Below, piece by piece: positions 1 through 9,102 of a stretch of 64,000 nt of DNA (its first letter is position 1; each line of letters begins with the position of its first letter). The stretch is from assembly GCA_025060105.1 (NCBI GenBank), contig JANXCS010000003.1:147341-211340 (forward strand), written 5' to 3'. The stretch comes from Pseudothermotoga sp. (GTDB taxonomy: Bacteria > Thermotogota > Thermotogae > Thermotogales > DSM-5069). Below the pieces are notes generated by a model that had not been told where the DNA came from, made no database searches, and saw nothing but the letters and a program-made list of their open reading frames with translations. The position numbers and the translations under genes were made by a program.

Positions 1-690
1 TTCGTGTTGACCTCGAAAACCATCAGAAATTCTGGTCTTTCGACTCTGGTCAACACCGGTGCGTCCATCAGATCTTACCAAAGTTTCGGTGACATGTTCT
101 CAAAGTTCCGAGAAATCCTGCAGGAAGATGGTCCATTTTTCTGCTTCGCGTACTGGGGACTCCTAGATTCTATAGGCCACAAGCTCGGTGTCGACTCAGA
201 CGCGTTTGAGAGTGAGCTTTATTGGCTTCTCAAGATGTTGGCAAGAGAAATTCTACCCATTTTGCCAAAGAACGCTTTGCTCGTTGTTATGGGTGATCAT
301 GGGCAAATCTACACCCCATGGGAGAGGGAAACGTGGTGGTCCTGGAAAGACCCGATCTCTCAGTTTTTCTCGATCCCACCTGGAGGCGAGATGAGAATGA
401 TGCATATTTACACTGCTGAACAAAAAGAAGTGATAAAATACTTGAGTGAAAAATATGCTGATAGAGCTATATCGATGACTAGGGAAGAAGTGTTGGGTTT
501 GCAACTCTTCGGGAATGTACCATCGACGTCTTCGAGAGCCATTGAGAGAATAGGAGAAGTTGTGCTCATCGCCAGGGAGAATTATTCCTTTTATTTCAAA
601 TACACTGGTAAAGAAGAAAGCTTGAAATCCAAGCATGGAAGTTTGACACTTCAAGAGTTGATCGTTCCTTTGATGCTGTTCAGGAGGTGA
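1..690 (+). CDS. Alkaline-phosphatase superfamily protein (type I phosphodiesterase/nucleotide pyrophosphatase family), C-terminal part. The 5' end lies outside the window.
   Basis: The frame is open from base 1. Motifs DSIGHKLG and VVMGDHGQ resemble the metal-site region of this family. Stop at 688-690. Confidence 0.65.
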   Translation, partial: FVLTSKTIRNSGLSTLVNTGASIRSYQSFGDMFSKFREILQEDGPFFCFAYWGLLDSIGHKLGVDSDAFESELYWLLKMLAREILPILPKNALLVVMGDHGQIYTPWERETWWSWKDPISQFFSIPPGGEMRMMHIYTAEQKEVIKYLSEKYADRAISMTREEVLGLQLFGNVPSTSSRAIERIGEVVLIARENYSFYFKYTGKEESLKSKHGSLTLQELIVPLMLFRR

Positions 691-745
691 TAGGTTCTTA
701 CTGAGAAGCCCGACACACGGTGAAGTAAAAATTGATGAAGCGAAG

Positions 746-1144
746 GTGTACATAGAGAAATTTTTAAATGGTGATCGATTCAAGCTCTTCATCGGAACCG
801 ACAGTGACGATCGAGACGGTGTTGTGACGTTCGCTACGGTGTTCATAGTTTACAAACTCGGAGTTGGAGCGATCTATTTCTACACGATCAAGCGCGAACG
901 ACGTTATTATGATGTTTACTCGAGGATCTTTGAAGAAACCCACCTGAGCTTACAGATGGCTGATTTCGTCAAGCGTACTTTAAACCTGGACAGCGCCGAA
1001 ATTCACATCGATGCCGGTTATGAAGGACCGAGCAAACAGATCATACCTTCCATCGTCGGTTACATAAAGGGCATGGGTTACAGCTACAGATTGAAACCTT
1101 GGGCTTTCGCTGCGACTAAAATTGCACATAGGCATACGAAATGA
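746..1144 (+). CDS. DUF458 / YkuK-like RNase H-fold protein
   Basis: 132 aa. GTDSD near the N-terminus and a C-terminal HIDAGYEGPS...LKPWAFAATKIAHRHTK match my recollection of the YkuK/DUF458 family. GTG start. Confidence 0.7.
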   Translation: MYIEKFLNGDRFKLFIGTDSDDRDGVVTFATVFIVYKLGVGAIYFYTIKRERRYYDVYSRIFEETHLSLQMADFVKRTLNLDSAEIHIDAGYEGPSKQIIPSIVGYIKGMGYSYRLKPWAFAATKIAHRHTK

Positions 1145-1147
1145 GTC

Positions 1148-2116
1148 TCAATTTCTCAACATCGTAAAAATTTCCATCAGCCTCTCCGTATCAACGTTTC
1201 CTCCAGACAGGATCACCACAATTTTTTTATGCTTCAAAGGCAACTTTTCGAACATCACCGCTGCCACCGTAACTGCCCCAGAAGGTTCAACCAGGACCTT
1301 ACAACGTTCCAGCAAGAAAACAACCGCTTGGGCGATCTCTTTTTCCGAGACGAGGAGCACATCTTCAACATACTTCTGCACTATGGGGAAGGTCAACTCA
1401 CCGGGACTAGCCGTTCGAAGACCATCGGCAATCGTTTGGATATTCGAAAGCTCGACCCTGTGGCCAGCTTTTAAAGATAGATAAGTGCTGTTGCTCTTTT
1501 CAGGTTCAACGCCATAGATCTTCACGTTCGGTTGTTTCTCCTTCACATAGGTCGCTATTCCCGCTATCAAACCACAGCCACCACAGGGAACCAAAACGGC
1601 ATCCACTTCGTCTAATTGCTCAAGCACCTCCAATCCGACGGTGCCCTGACCAGCCATTATCCAGAAGTGATCGAACGGGGGAACAAAAACTCTACCTTCT
1701 TCCATCGAAATCTGCTTTGCACGATTCAAACGTTCCGTGGAAGAAGTTCCAAATCTTTCAAGCTTTGCGCCGTATCCTTCTATGGCTGCCACCTTCGCCG
1801 CGGATGCATCCTTCGGAACGACGACTTTCACATCCACTCCAAGGATTTTTCCAGCCAGCGCTAGGGCTTGTCCGTGGTTCCCCGAGGAACCTGTTACCAC
1901 ACCTTTTCGGCGTTCCCCATCGCTCATTGAGAGCAAGAAATTCATCGCCCCTCTTATTTTGAATGAACCACTCTTCTGAAAATTCTCCGCTTTCATGAAT
2001 ATCTGTCGCTTCGTCATCTCATTCAAAGTTCCTGATGTGAGGATGGTCGTTCTGTGGATGAACCTCCGTATTCTTTCGTAAGCTTCCTGAATCTGCTTGG
2101 CAGTCAACACACTCAT
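1148..2116 (-). CDS. PLP-dependent threonine/serine dehydratase (threonine ammonia-lyase type, no ACT domain)
   Basis: 322 aa. Contains the PLP-lysine motif SGSFKIRGA and the glycine loop GSSGNHGQA. ATGA overlap with the upstream rlmB stop. Confidence 0.85.
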   Translation of the reverse strand: MSVLTAKQIQEAYERIRRFIHRTTILTSGTLNEMTKRQIFMKAENFQKSGSFKIRGAMNFLLSMSDGERRKGVVTGSSGNHGQALALAGKILGVDVKVVVPKDASAAKVAAIEGYGAKLERFGTSSTERLNRAKQISMEEGRVFVPPFDHFWIMAGQGTVGLEVLEQLDEVDAVLVPCGGCGLIAGIATYVKEKQPNVKIYGVEPEKSNSTYLSLKAGHRVELSNIQTIADGLRTASPGELTFPIVQKYVEDVLLVSEKEIAQAVVFLLERCKVLVEPSGAVTVAAVMFEKLPLKHKKIVVILSGGNVDTERLMEIFTMLRN

Positions 2117-2826
2117 CGCCTCACTCTTCTGATTTTTCTGGCGATCTCGAACAACACGATACCGGCACTGACGGACACGTTGAGCGAATCTATATCTGAA
2201 TACATCGGCACAGCAATGAGTTCATCACACTTCTCTCTGATCAATCTACTCAGACCTTCACCTTCGTTTCCAAAAACCACCACCACTGGAGATTGAAAAT
2301 CCTCCTCATAAACGCTTTTACCAGACATATCGGCACCGTAAACCCAGAAGCCTTCCTGCTTCAATCTTTCTATGGTTCTAGCGAGATTCGTCACGATGAT
2401 CACTGGAATCCTCAGCACAGTTCCCGCCGACACTTTCACAACCGCTGGTGTAACCTTAACTGAGCGATCTTTGGGTATCACGATCGCTTTGGCCCCTGCC
2501 CCGACGGCCGTGCGGGCGATGGCACCAAAATTGTGGGGATCAGTTATGTGATCCAGAACGACCAAGAGGTCACCTTCGAGTTCGGTCTCGTCAGCATACC
2601 GAAATTCTAAATCTATCACGATTCCTTGATTTTTCTCTTCACCACACAGTTTGATGAGCTTCTCTTCGGACGCGAAGGTCACAGGATAACCAGCCTTCTT
2701 CAGCTTTTCGAAAAGCTCGGACGGCTTATCCTTTTTATCTTCTCTCAGATAAATCATCCTCACAGGGTAGCGAATCTTCAGAACTTCCTCAAGAACACTT
2801 TTACCGTACACGATCATTCGTAGCAC
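2113..2826 (-). CDS. rlmB: TrmH/SpoU-family 23S rRNA 2'-O-ribose methyltransferase (RlmB-like)
   Basis: 237 aa. SpoU motifs LDHITDPHNFGAIARTA, VVFGNEGEGLS and SLNVSVSAGIVLFE. An alternative ATG start lies at 2817. Confidence 0.85.
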   Translation of the reverse strand: MLRMIVYGKSVLEEVLKIRYPVRMIYLREDKKDKPSELFEKLKKAGYPVTFASEEKLIKLCGEEKNQGIVIDLEFRYADETELEGDLLVVLDHITDPHNFGAIARTAVGAGAKAIVIPKDRSVKVTPAVVKVSAGTVLRIPVIIVTNLARTIERLKQEGFWVYGADMSGKSVYEEDFQSPVVVVFGNEGEGLSRLIREKCDELIAVPMYSDIDSLNVSVSAGIVLFEIARKIRRVRR

Positions 2827-3256
2827 CGGTCAGGCTGACCATCAGAATCCGAAACATTTTGTCAAGATCGCCCACAAGGTAAAGATAACCAATGAGCGCT
2901 TCCAAAGCTGTGCTCTTACGGTATTCCTCGTCATTCCCATACTTCTTTGCAGTTTTACTGTTCATCGCACGCTTCACGAGCCCCATTTCTTGTTCGTTCA
3001 GCGTGGGAAGAATTTGATCTAAACATCTGGCCTGCGAATGCTTCGAAACTAGACCAGATACCCTCTTGTGGATTTCCTTCACGTTAAGCACGTTCAAAGA
3101 GCTGATCTTTGCGAAAAATCCGTGTATCGCATCGCCGAGATACGCGAGGGTCGATATGGGAAGCAACGATGCTTCAGTCTTGCTGGGACGAGGTAAATTT
3201 TCTAATAGCAACTTCGTCGAGATAGAGTCTATGTAATCGATCTTGTTCGAATGCAT
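2801..3256 (-). CDS. mrnC: Mini-ribonuclease 3 (Mini-III)
   Basis: Contains LAYLGDAIHG and STALEALIGYLYL (RNase III signature region). The mrnC-rlmB order is the one known from Firmicutes. I chose the ATG at 3256, which has an AGAAGG SD 9 nt upstream. The longest ORF reaches 3316, and a TTG at 3166 is also possible. Confidence 0.75.
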   Translation of the reverse strand: MHSNKIDYIDSISTKLLLENLPRPSKTEASLLPISTLAYLGDAIHGFFAKISSLNVLNVKEIHKRVSGLVSKHSQARCLDQILPTLNEQEMGLVKRAMNSKTAKKYGNDEEYRKSTALEALIGYLYLVGDLDKMFRILMVSLTGATNDRVR

Positions 3257-3617
3257 AAGCTTTGAACCTTCTTTCACGGAGATTTTGCAGTATTTTCCTT
3301 TCTTTTCTTGCTTCAAGATACTGATCTCTCAAAGTTTCTTCCTGCTTTCTCAATTGATCCAACTTCGACTTTAAGCTTTCGATCTCTCTCCAGAGGATCT
3401 CTCTGTATGTGAGCAACTGGGATAACTCGAATCCGGTGACCCCACGAGTCGATCGAGAAAGCGTCCTCAGATCGAGGCTACGCAGTTGTTCTTCAAACCC
3501 TTTCAGATCGGTTTCAATGTCCTTGATTTGGTTTCTCAAAGCGTTGAGCTGAATCTTCAACAACTGTTCGTGCGAGATTTTCAACGAGAGTAACCTGGAC
3601 AATCTGAATCTGAACAT
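3174..3617 (-). CDS. fliJ: FliJ-like coiled-coil protein (flagellar export chaperone family)
   Basis: 147 aa, all-helical and heptad-rich. The N-terminus MFRFRLSRLLSLK and the C-terminal ...RLYLDEVAIRKF resemble the FliJ family pattern. SD GGGTG lies 6 nt before the ATG. Confidence 0.5.
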   Translation of the reverse strand: MFRFRLSRLLSLKISHEQLLKIQLNALRNQIKDIETDLKGFEEQLRSLDLRTLSRSTRGVTGFELSQLLTYREILWREIESLKSKLDQLRKQEETLRDQYLEARKERKILQNLRERRFKAYAFEQDRLHRLYLDEVAIRKFTSSQQD

Positions 3618-3676
3618 GTTTTACACCCACATTATTATAAGTGATAGAATCGTTTTCAGGACTTGGGGGTGCGAAG

Positions 3677-4312
3677 ATGGACCTTGTCGATTTCAAAATG
3701 ACTAAAGATGGACTCGTGCTCGTGATAAGACACTATGAAAACGTCCAATCGATCTTGGACCAAATCATTTCAAAACTTTCCCAAATGAAGGGCTTCTTCG
3801 CTGCTGGTGACAAAATCATGCTCATGATCGAACGGCACGAGATGCATTCTCATGATATACCGAAGATCATTTCACTGTTACGGGAGCATGGTATAGATGT
3901 AGCTCAAATACTGATAGGTGAATCGTTTCAACCGGATCTCAGTGCGTTGAACCGTATGAAACTGCTGGAAGAACGTGAAACGAAGTCCGGTACGAAGGTT
4001 ATCAGAAAGCACGTCAGATCAGGGCAAGCGGTGGTACACTCTGGGGACATTTTGGTGATAGGAAACGTCCATGCGGGGGCGGAGTTGCTCGCTGGAGGTT
4101 CGATCGTAGTTTTTGGGAACGTCAAAGGAACCCTTCGAGCTGGTTTGAACGAGGGCGATAACGCAGTCATCGCAGCTCTCAGCATGCAACCATCGTTGTT
4201 GCAAATCTCTGGATACACTTTGAGAGAAGTTTCGAGTTACGAAGAACCAGTTGTGGTACACGTAAAAAATGGTAAGATCGTTGTGGAAAAAGCAAAGGAC
4301 ATCAAATTCTGA
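3677..4312 (+). CDS. minC: Septum site-determining protein MinC
   Basis: The C-terminal beta-helix repeat reads GDILVIGNVHAGAELLAGGSIVVFGNVKGTLRAG. The N-terminus MDLVDFKMTKDGLVL is close to T. maritima MinC as I recall it. ATG at 3677 with SD GGGGGTG. The ORF track starts earlier, at a GTG at 3641. Confidence 0.9.
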   Translation: MDLVDFKMTKDGLVLVIRHYENVQSILDQIISKLSQMKGFFAAGDKIMLMIERHEMHSHDIPKIISLLREHGIDVAQILIGESFQPDLSALNRMKLLEERETKSGTKVIRKHVRSGQAVVHSGDILVIGNVHAGAELLAGGSIVVFGNVKGTLRAGLNEGDNAVIAALSMQPSLLQISGYTLREVSSYEEPVVVHVKNGKIVVEKAKDIKF

Positions 4313-4330
4313 AACGAGGAGTGATCGAAG

Positions 4331-5329
4331 TTGAATACGAAAGAGCTTTTGATGTCACTGTCAAACATCGATGGGCCAGCCGGATTCGAAGGCCCCGTAC
4401 TCGATGCGATAGAACAGATCGTGAAGGGTTTATGCGACAAAACTTGGCGCAACAAAGTTGGAACGCTCATAGCCGAAAAGAAAGGTTCAGGGAAGACGAA
4501 GTTGGGAATCTTTGCACACGTAGACGAAGTGGGTCTCACCGTGGCGAAGGTAGAAGAAGGTTTTCTCCGACTCGAAACCGTTGGTGGTGTGGATCCTAAA
4601 GTTCTACTCGCACAGAGGGTGAAGGTGTACACGAGAGAAGGAGTGGTGAACGGGATCGTCGGTATCCTCCCTCCACACCTTCAAAAAGAAGAGCACAGAT
4701 CCAAATTCCCCGATTATGACAAAATCTTCGTGGATGTTTCGTGCGATGAACGTGGTGACAAAGTCCGTGTCGGAGACATTTGTGTTTTCGACGTGAAACC
4801 GATAGAGATCAACGGTAAGATTTCTGGGAAAGCTTTGGATAACCGAGCTGGTTGTGTCTCTCTACTCCTCGCTGCGAATCTGCTTCGAAAGTTACAACAC
4901 GATGCGGACGTCTATTTCATTTTTTCAAGCCAAGAAGAGGTACAGGGACCAGGAGCGATCTCAGCAACTTACGAGCTGGGACTCGATCAAGCTGTAGTGG
5001 TCGATGTGACACACGCGAACGTGAAACAAGCCTCTCTACCTCTGATAAAGCTCGGTGAAGGGCCAGTTCTTGGGATTGGACCTACTATAGATCCGGGATT
5101 TTACAAACGCGCCCTGGACATAGCACAAAAACACAACGTGAAGGTTCAGATCGAACCGCTTCCAGGTCGTTCTGGCACCGACACCGATCAAATTCAGATC
5201 ACACGCATTGGTGTGAAAACCTTGCTGATTTCTATACCGTTGATGTACATGCACACACCGGTTGAAGTTGTGGATCTCAAGGATGTAGAGGAAACCGCAA
5301 GACTTTTGGCATTCATCGCCGCTGAGTGA
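4331..5329 (+). CDS. M42-family (TET/FrvX) aminopeptidase, paralogue 1
   Basis: 332 aa. M42 motifs HVDEVG, KALDNRAG, SSQEEV and the C-terminal PLMYMHTPVE. TTG start with SD GAGGAG. Confidence 0.9.
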   Translation: MNTKELLMSLSNIDGPAGFEGPVLDAIEQIVKGLCDKTWRNKVGTLIAEKKGSGKTKLGIFAHVDEVGLTVAKVEEGFLRLETVGGVDPKVLLAQRVKVYTREGVVNGIVGILPPHLQKEEHRSKFPDYDKIFVDVSCDERGDKVRVGDICVFDVKPIEINGKISGKALDNRAGCVSLLLAANLLRKLQHDADVYFIFSSQEEVQGPGAISATYELGLDQAVVVDVTHANVKQASLPLIKLGEGPVLGIGPTIDPGFYKRALDIAQKHNVKVQIEPLPGRSGTDTDQIQITRIGVKTLLISIPLMYMHTPVEVVDLKDVEETARLLAFIAAE

Positions 5330-5333
5330 GGAG

Positions 5334-6362
5334 GTGTCTTCTTTGTATCTGAAGGAGTTATCGATGATCAACGGAGTATCGGGTGATGAAGGTAGAGTAC
5401 GAACCTTCATAAAGCAACAGATACAGAACAAGGTGGACCAACTGTGGGAAGATAAACTTGGTAATCTGATAGCGCTGAGAAAGGGAAGCGTGGGAAAACG
5501 AAAGATACTCTTGGTGGCACACATGGATGAAGTTGGATTCATGGTGACGAACATCGACGAAGATGGTACGCTGTGCTTTGCGCCTGTTGGTGCTGTGGAA
5601 ACTCAAGTTGTCATAGGTAAACAGGTCAAGATCAACGATTCGATTTTTGGTGTGATAGGTTTCAAACCTATTCATCTTCAAGAAAAAGACCAACTGCTCA
5701 AACCTCCGAAGTTCGAAGAGTTGAGGATCTACATAGGTGCCAAGAACAAGGAAGAAGCACTCAAAGCTGTCAAAATAGGCGACTATGTGTGCTTCGTCAC
5801 AGAATATAGGGAAAACGGGCACAGAGCGAGTGGAAAAGCCTTCGATGATCGTGTTGGATGTTCCGTGCTGATGGACGTCATAGATAAACAAAATCGTTAC
5901 CAAGACGACGTTTATTTCGCCTTCGTCGTTCAAGAAGAAGTGGGGTTGCGTGGGAGCGCGGTTGTGGTTGAGCAAGTTCATCCGGACGTATCCATCGTTT
6001 TGGAAGGTACGATCGCAGGTGACGATCTTGGATTGGAAAAGGATCGATGGTCCACTCACTTGGGTGAAGGACCAGCGGTGACGTTCATGCACAGTGGGTA
6101 TGTCGTCAATCAGAGAGTTTTTCAAGCGATCGTGTCTGTCGCGGAGAAAAATGGTATACCCTATCAATTCAGAAGGAGAACGGCGGGTTCGACGGATGCC
6201 GGTAGGCTCGCAAGGACCGGAGCTGGGACGGCTTCAGGTGTGGTTTCAGTTCCAACGCGTTATATTCATAGTCCGGTGTGCATGATCGATCTGAAAGATT
6301 ACGCAAACACGGTTCAGCTGATAGAGAAGATCCTTGAAGAAGGGGAGGTATTCGCAAAATGA
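5334..6362 (+). CDS. M42-family aminopeptidase, paralogue 2
   Basis: 342 aa. Motifs HMDEVG, KAFDDRVG, VVQEEVG and PTRYIHSP. The start is ambiguous (GTG 5334 or TTG 5343). Confidence 0.9.
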   Translation: MSSLYLKELSMINGVSGDEGRVRTFIKQQIQNKVDQLWEDKLGNLIALRKGSVGKRKILLVAHMDEVGFMVTNIDEDGTLCFAPVGAVETQVVIGKQVKINDSIFGVIGFKPIHLQEKDQLLKPPKFEELRIYIGAKNKEEALKAVKIGDYVCFVTEYRENGHRASGKAFDDRVGCSVLMDVIDKQNRYQDDVYFAFVVQEEVGLRGSAVVVEQVHPDVSIVLEGTIAGDDLGLEKDRWSTHLGEGPAVTFMHSGYVVNQRVFQAIVSVAEKNGIPYQFRRRTAGSTDAGRLARTGAGTASGVVSVPTRYIHSPVCMIDLKDYANTVQLIEKILEEGEVFAK

Positions 6363-7363
6363 TAGACCTTATAAAAAAGTTGACGGAAGCCTATGGACCG
6401 AGTGGCAGAGAATCTGAGGTGCACAAGATAATCCTCGAAGAACTTTCAGACCACATAGATGGGTACAAATTCGACGCTGTTGGGAACTTGCTGGTGTGGA
6501 AGTACGGAAGCAGTGGGAAGAAGATCCTGTTCGATGCACACAGCGATGAAATAGGTTTGGTCGTTACGAACATAACTGAAAAAGGTTTTCTGAGGGTGGA
6601 GAGTGTCGGAGGGGTTCTTCCCCACAGCTTCGTTGGTCATCGCGTCAGGTTCCCGAACGCAGTGGGTGTGGTTTACGTGGAAGGAGAAAGTGAAGAAGAG
6701 AGGAAAAAGAACTGGACAAATCTCAGCCTCGACAGTATGTTTGTGGACATAGGTGCGAAAAGTTATGAAGAAGCTAAGAATAAAGTTCCAATTGGTTCTT
6801 TCGGTGTCTACGACAGTTATTTCTATCAAATGGGAGAATATTTGGTCAGCAAAGCGATGGACGACAGAATAGGGTGTGCTGTGATCGTCGAGGTGCTCAA
6901 GAGACTGAAGTCTTGTCCAAACACGATCATAGGTTCTTTCTCAGTTCAGGAAGAAGTCGGTTTGGTGGGAGCTTCGGTCGCAGCTTACACGCTCGTGCCC
7001 GATGTTTGCATCGCCGTAGATGTTACCGATTCTGCGGACTATCCGAAAGCTTTCAAGAGACACGCCATGGCGCTCAATAAAGGCCCCGCGATCAAGATCA
7101 AAGATCGAGCCTCTATAAGTAACAGACAGGTCGTTGAAAAACTCGTTGAACTCGCTGAAGCGAGTGGTATTCCATACCAAATGGAAGTGCTGGCTTTCGG
7201 CGGAACCAACGCGGCTGCTCTGCAGAGAACCAGGGCTGGCATCGCGGCCGCGACGGTGTCTGTACCAACCAGATACGTGCACACTCCGAGTGAAACGGTG
7301 AGCGTTTCAGACGTTGAGAACACCGTTCAATTGCTGATCGAATATGCAACGAAAGGAGTGTGA
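6359..7363 (+). CDS. M42-family aminopeptidase, paralogue 3
   Basis: 334 aa. Motifs HSDEIG, KAMDDRIG, SVQEEVG and PTRYVHTP. ATGA overlap with paralogue 2. Confidence 0.9.
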   Translation: MIDLIKKLTEAYGPSGRESEVHKIILEELSDHIDGYKFDAVGNLLVWKYGSSGKKILFDAHSDEIGLVVTNITEKGFLRVESVGGVLPHSFVGHRVRFPNAVGVVYVEGESEEERKKNWTNLSLDSMFVDIGAKSYEEAKNKVPIGSFGVYDSYFYQMGEYLVSKAMDDRIGCAVIVEVLKRLKSCPNTIIGSFSVQEEVGLVGASVAAYTLVPDVCIAVDVTDSADYPKAFKRHAMALNKGPAIKIKDRASISNRQVVEKLVELAEASGIPYQMEVLAFGGTNAAALQRTRAGIAAATVSVPTRYVHTPSETVSVSDVENTVQLLIEYATKGV

Positions 7364-7365
7364 TA

Positions 7366-8073
7366 ATGCCACGCAGAGAAATAAGGTTAACCTATACACA
7401 GGCTCGTTTGCTGGCTCTGCTCGTGGTGATTTTGAGTGTGGGGTTTGTGGGTTTCAGCCTCGCAACTTTTTTCATCTTGAAGAGTCGTGAAAATGTGAAA
7501 ATCGAGATAGTTGAAATTCCTCCAGCTAAGATCGAAATCCCAATTCCCCAGGAGAAAGCAGAACCGGCGAAAATTCCAGAACAACCTCGTGAGTTCTACA
7601 GGGTAGAGACGTACGATTACGCCAAGCTCGTGGTGGAGGCAACCGAATTGATCGAAAGAGGTACAAAGGTTTCGACTTACGTCCTCGAACCGAGTGAAGC
7701 TTTGGGTGTACTGAGGGCCGCCAAAAAACCTTTCTTCATAACGGAACTTTCTAAAGATGCGTGTTGCATCAGTTTCGTTGGTGGCCACGCCATCGAGGGT
7801 AAGCGAGAGTACAATACACTCTACGGCGTTTTCGTGCTTTCGAGTACGAGCAAAGATCTGGCGCTGGAAAGAATGTTCGCTCTCAGAAGCGCCGGTTTTC
7901 CGGCGTACCTCATGAAATTCACGAGGGACGGTAGGGATTGGTTCACCCTGGTGGTGGGAGCCTTTCCCACCAGTGATTCAGCCGAAGATTTCAACAAAAA
8001 CTTGGATTGGTCTAGAGTCATGAGGATAAGTGGAGCGAGTAAACCTGGCTACACCGGGAGGATCAGTCCTTGA
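7366..8073 (+). CDS. Membrane-anchored SPOR-domain protein
   Basis: One N-terminal TM helix (LLALLVVILSVGFVGFSLATFFIL). The C-terminal stretch YGVFVLSS...ALRSAGFPAYLMKF...WFTLVVGAFPT looks SPOR-like. ATG with SD AAGGAG 7 nt upstream. Confidence 0.65.
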   Translation: MPRREIRLTYTQARLLALLVVILSVGFVGFSLATFFILKSRENVKIEIVEIPPAKIEIPIPQEKAEPAKIPEQPREFYRVETYDYAKLVVEATELIERGTKVSTYVLEPSEALGVLRAAKKPFFITELSKDACCISFVGGHAIEGKREYNTLYGVFVLSSTSKDLALERMFALRSAGFPAYLMKFTRDGRDWFTLVVGAFPTSDSAEDFNKNLDWSRVMRISGASKPGYTGRISP

Positions 8074-8618
8074 AGCTTTCCACTTCTGAAAAAAGATTGC
8101 TTTTACTTCTTTTCGTCGGTGTGTTGCTTTTGAGTGGAGCTGTGGTAGAACTGGGAACAAGAAAAGTACAGCAAAGTACTGTGACATCCAGAAAATCTGT
8201 CGAGTTACCCATCGACTTGAACAGTGCCACTGAACAAGAATTGATGTCTTTGCCTGGTATAGGTCAAAGTAAAGCGAAAGCGATCATAGAATATAGGCAA
8301 AAGAATGGTCCCTTCAGAACTTTGTCCGATCTGGAACGTGTTCCAGGGATCGGTAAAAAAACTATCGAAAAACTCGCCCCTTACGTGAATCTGTCTTCGA
8401 TCGAGGCAGAATCGAAGAACAACGGCAAGTTCAAAGTGAACGTGAACACGGCGAGATTAGAGGAATTGATGGAACTACCGGGAATAGGTGAAGTCAAAGC
8501 ATTGGAGATCATCAAAATGAGACAGCAAATGCGCTTTTCAAAACCGGAGGATCTGCTCAAAGTACCCGGCATAGGCTCAAAAACATTGGAAAAGATCGTG
8601 GATTACATCACATTTTAG
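8070..8618 (+). CDS. comEA: ComEA-family helix-hairpin-helix DNA-binding protein with two tandem (HhH)2 modules
   Basis: N-terminal TM segment. Two copies of the motif LN(S/T)A..EEL..LPGIG..KA..II..R....F....DL..VPGIG.KT.EK. Confidence 0.8.
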   Translation: MKLSTSEKRLLLLLFVGVLLLSGAVVELGTRKVQQSTVTSRKSVELPIDLNSATEQELMSLPGIGQSKAKAIIEYRQKNGPFRTLSDLERVPGIGKKTIEKLAPYVNLSSIEAESKNNGKFKVNVNTARLEELMELPGIGEVKALEIIKMRQQMRFSKPEDLLKVPGIGSKTLEKIVDYITF

Positions 8619-8631
8619 GAGGTGTAGGAGA

Positions 8632-9102
8632 ATGCAACGAGTTTTCATCGTAGGCTTAGTCCTCGCCGTAATGCTTCTGTTCCTCTACGGTTCAACGGCG
8701 AGCAATCCAAGGGTGGTCTTCGCGGACGTCAACCGAGTGGTTCAAGAGTATCCGAAGATGGTTGAATTGAACCAGAAATACGCTCAAGACGTGCAGTTCT
8801 ACCAACAAAAGCTGAACGAATTGGTGGCTGAGCTTGAAAAGCTTCAAAAGATCGGTGCACCACAGAGCGAGATCGAAAAGAAACAATCAGAAATACTCGC
8901 GAGGAGACAACAATACGAGCAATTGCTTCAGAGTGAATACCAACCCAAAATGCAAGCAGTTCTCGATGAACTTGCGAAGAAGATTGAAACCTTTGCCAAA
9001 ACCATGGGGTACGATTTTGTCATAAAAAAGGAAGCTTTGTTGTATGCGGATGATGCGTACGATGTGACGCAACAGTTGATCAAGTACCTCAAGAGCCAAT
9101 GA
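8632..9102 (+). CDS. OmpH/Skp-family periplasmic chaperone
   Basis: 156 aa with a signal/TM N-terminus, a long Q/E/K-rich coiled region, and a C-terminal GYDFVIKKEALLYADDAYDVT typical of OmpH. SD AGGAGGTG. Confidence 0.75.
   Translation: MQRVFIVGLVLAVMLLFLYGSTASNPRVVFADVNRVVQEYPKMVELNQKYAQDVQFYQQKLNELVAELEKLQKIGAPQSEIEKKQSEILARRQQYEQLLQSEYQPKMQAVLDELAKKIETFAKTMGYDFVIKKEALLYADDAYDVTQQLIKYLKSQ

Noticed and set aside
253-846. Long antisense or alternate-frame ORFs from the six-frame track. Examples: 253-846(-), 4237-4632(-), 5358-6167(-), 12959-13534(-), 17212-17751(-), 40412-40963(+), 42286-42891(-), 43347-44078(-), 47216-48025(-).
   Set aside because: - Each lies fully inside or opposite a gene with strong family motifs.
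- They lack SD sequences.
- Their translations are low-complexity or biased (S/T/R-rich), as expected from antisense reading of coding DNA.
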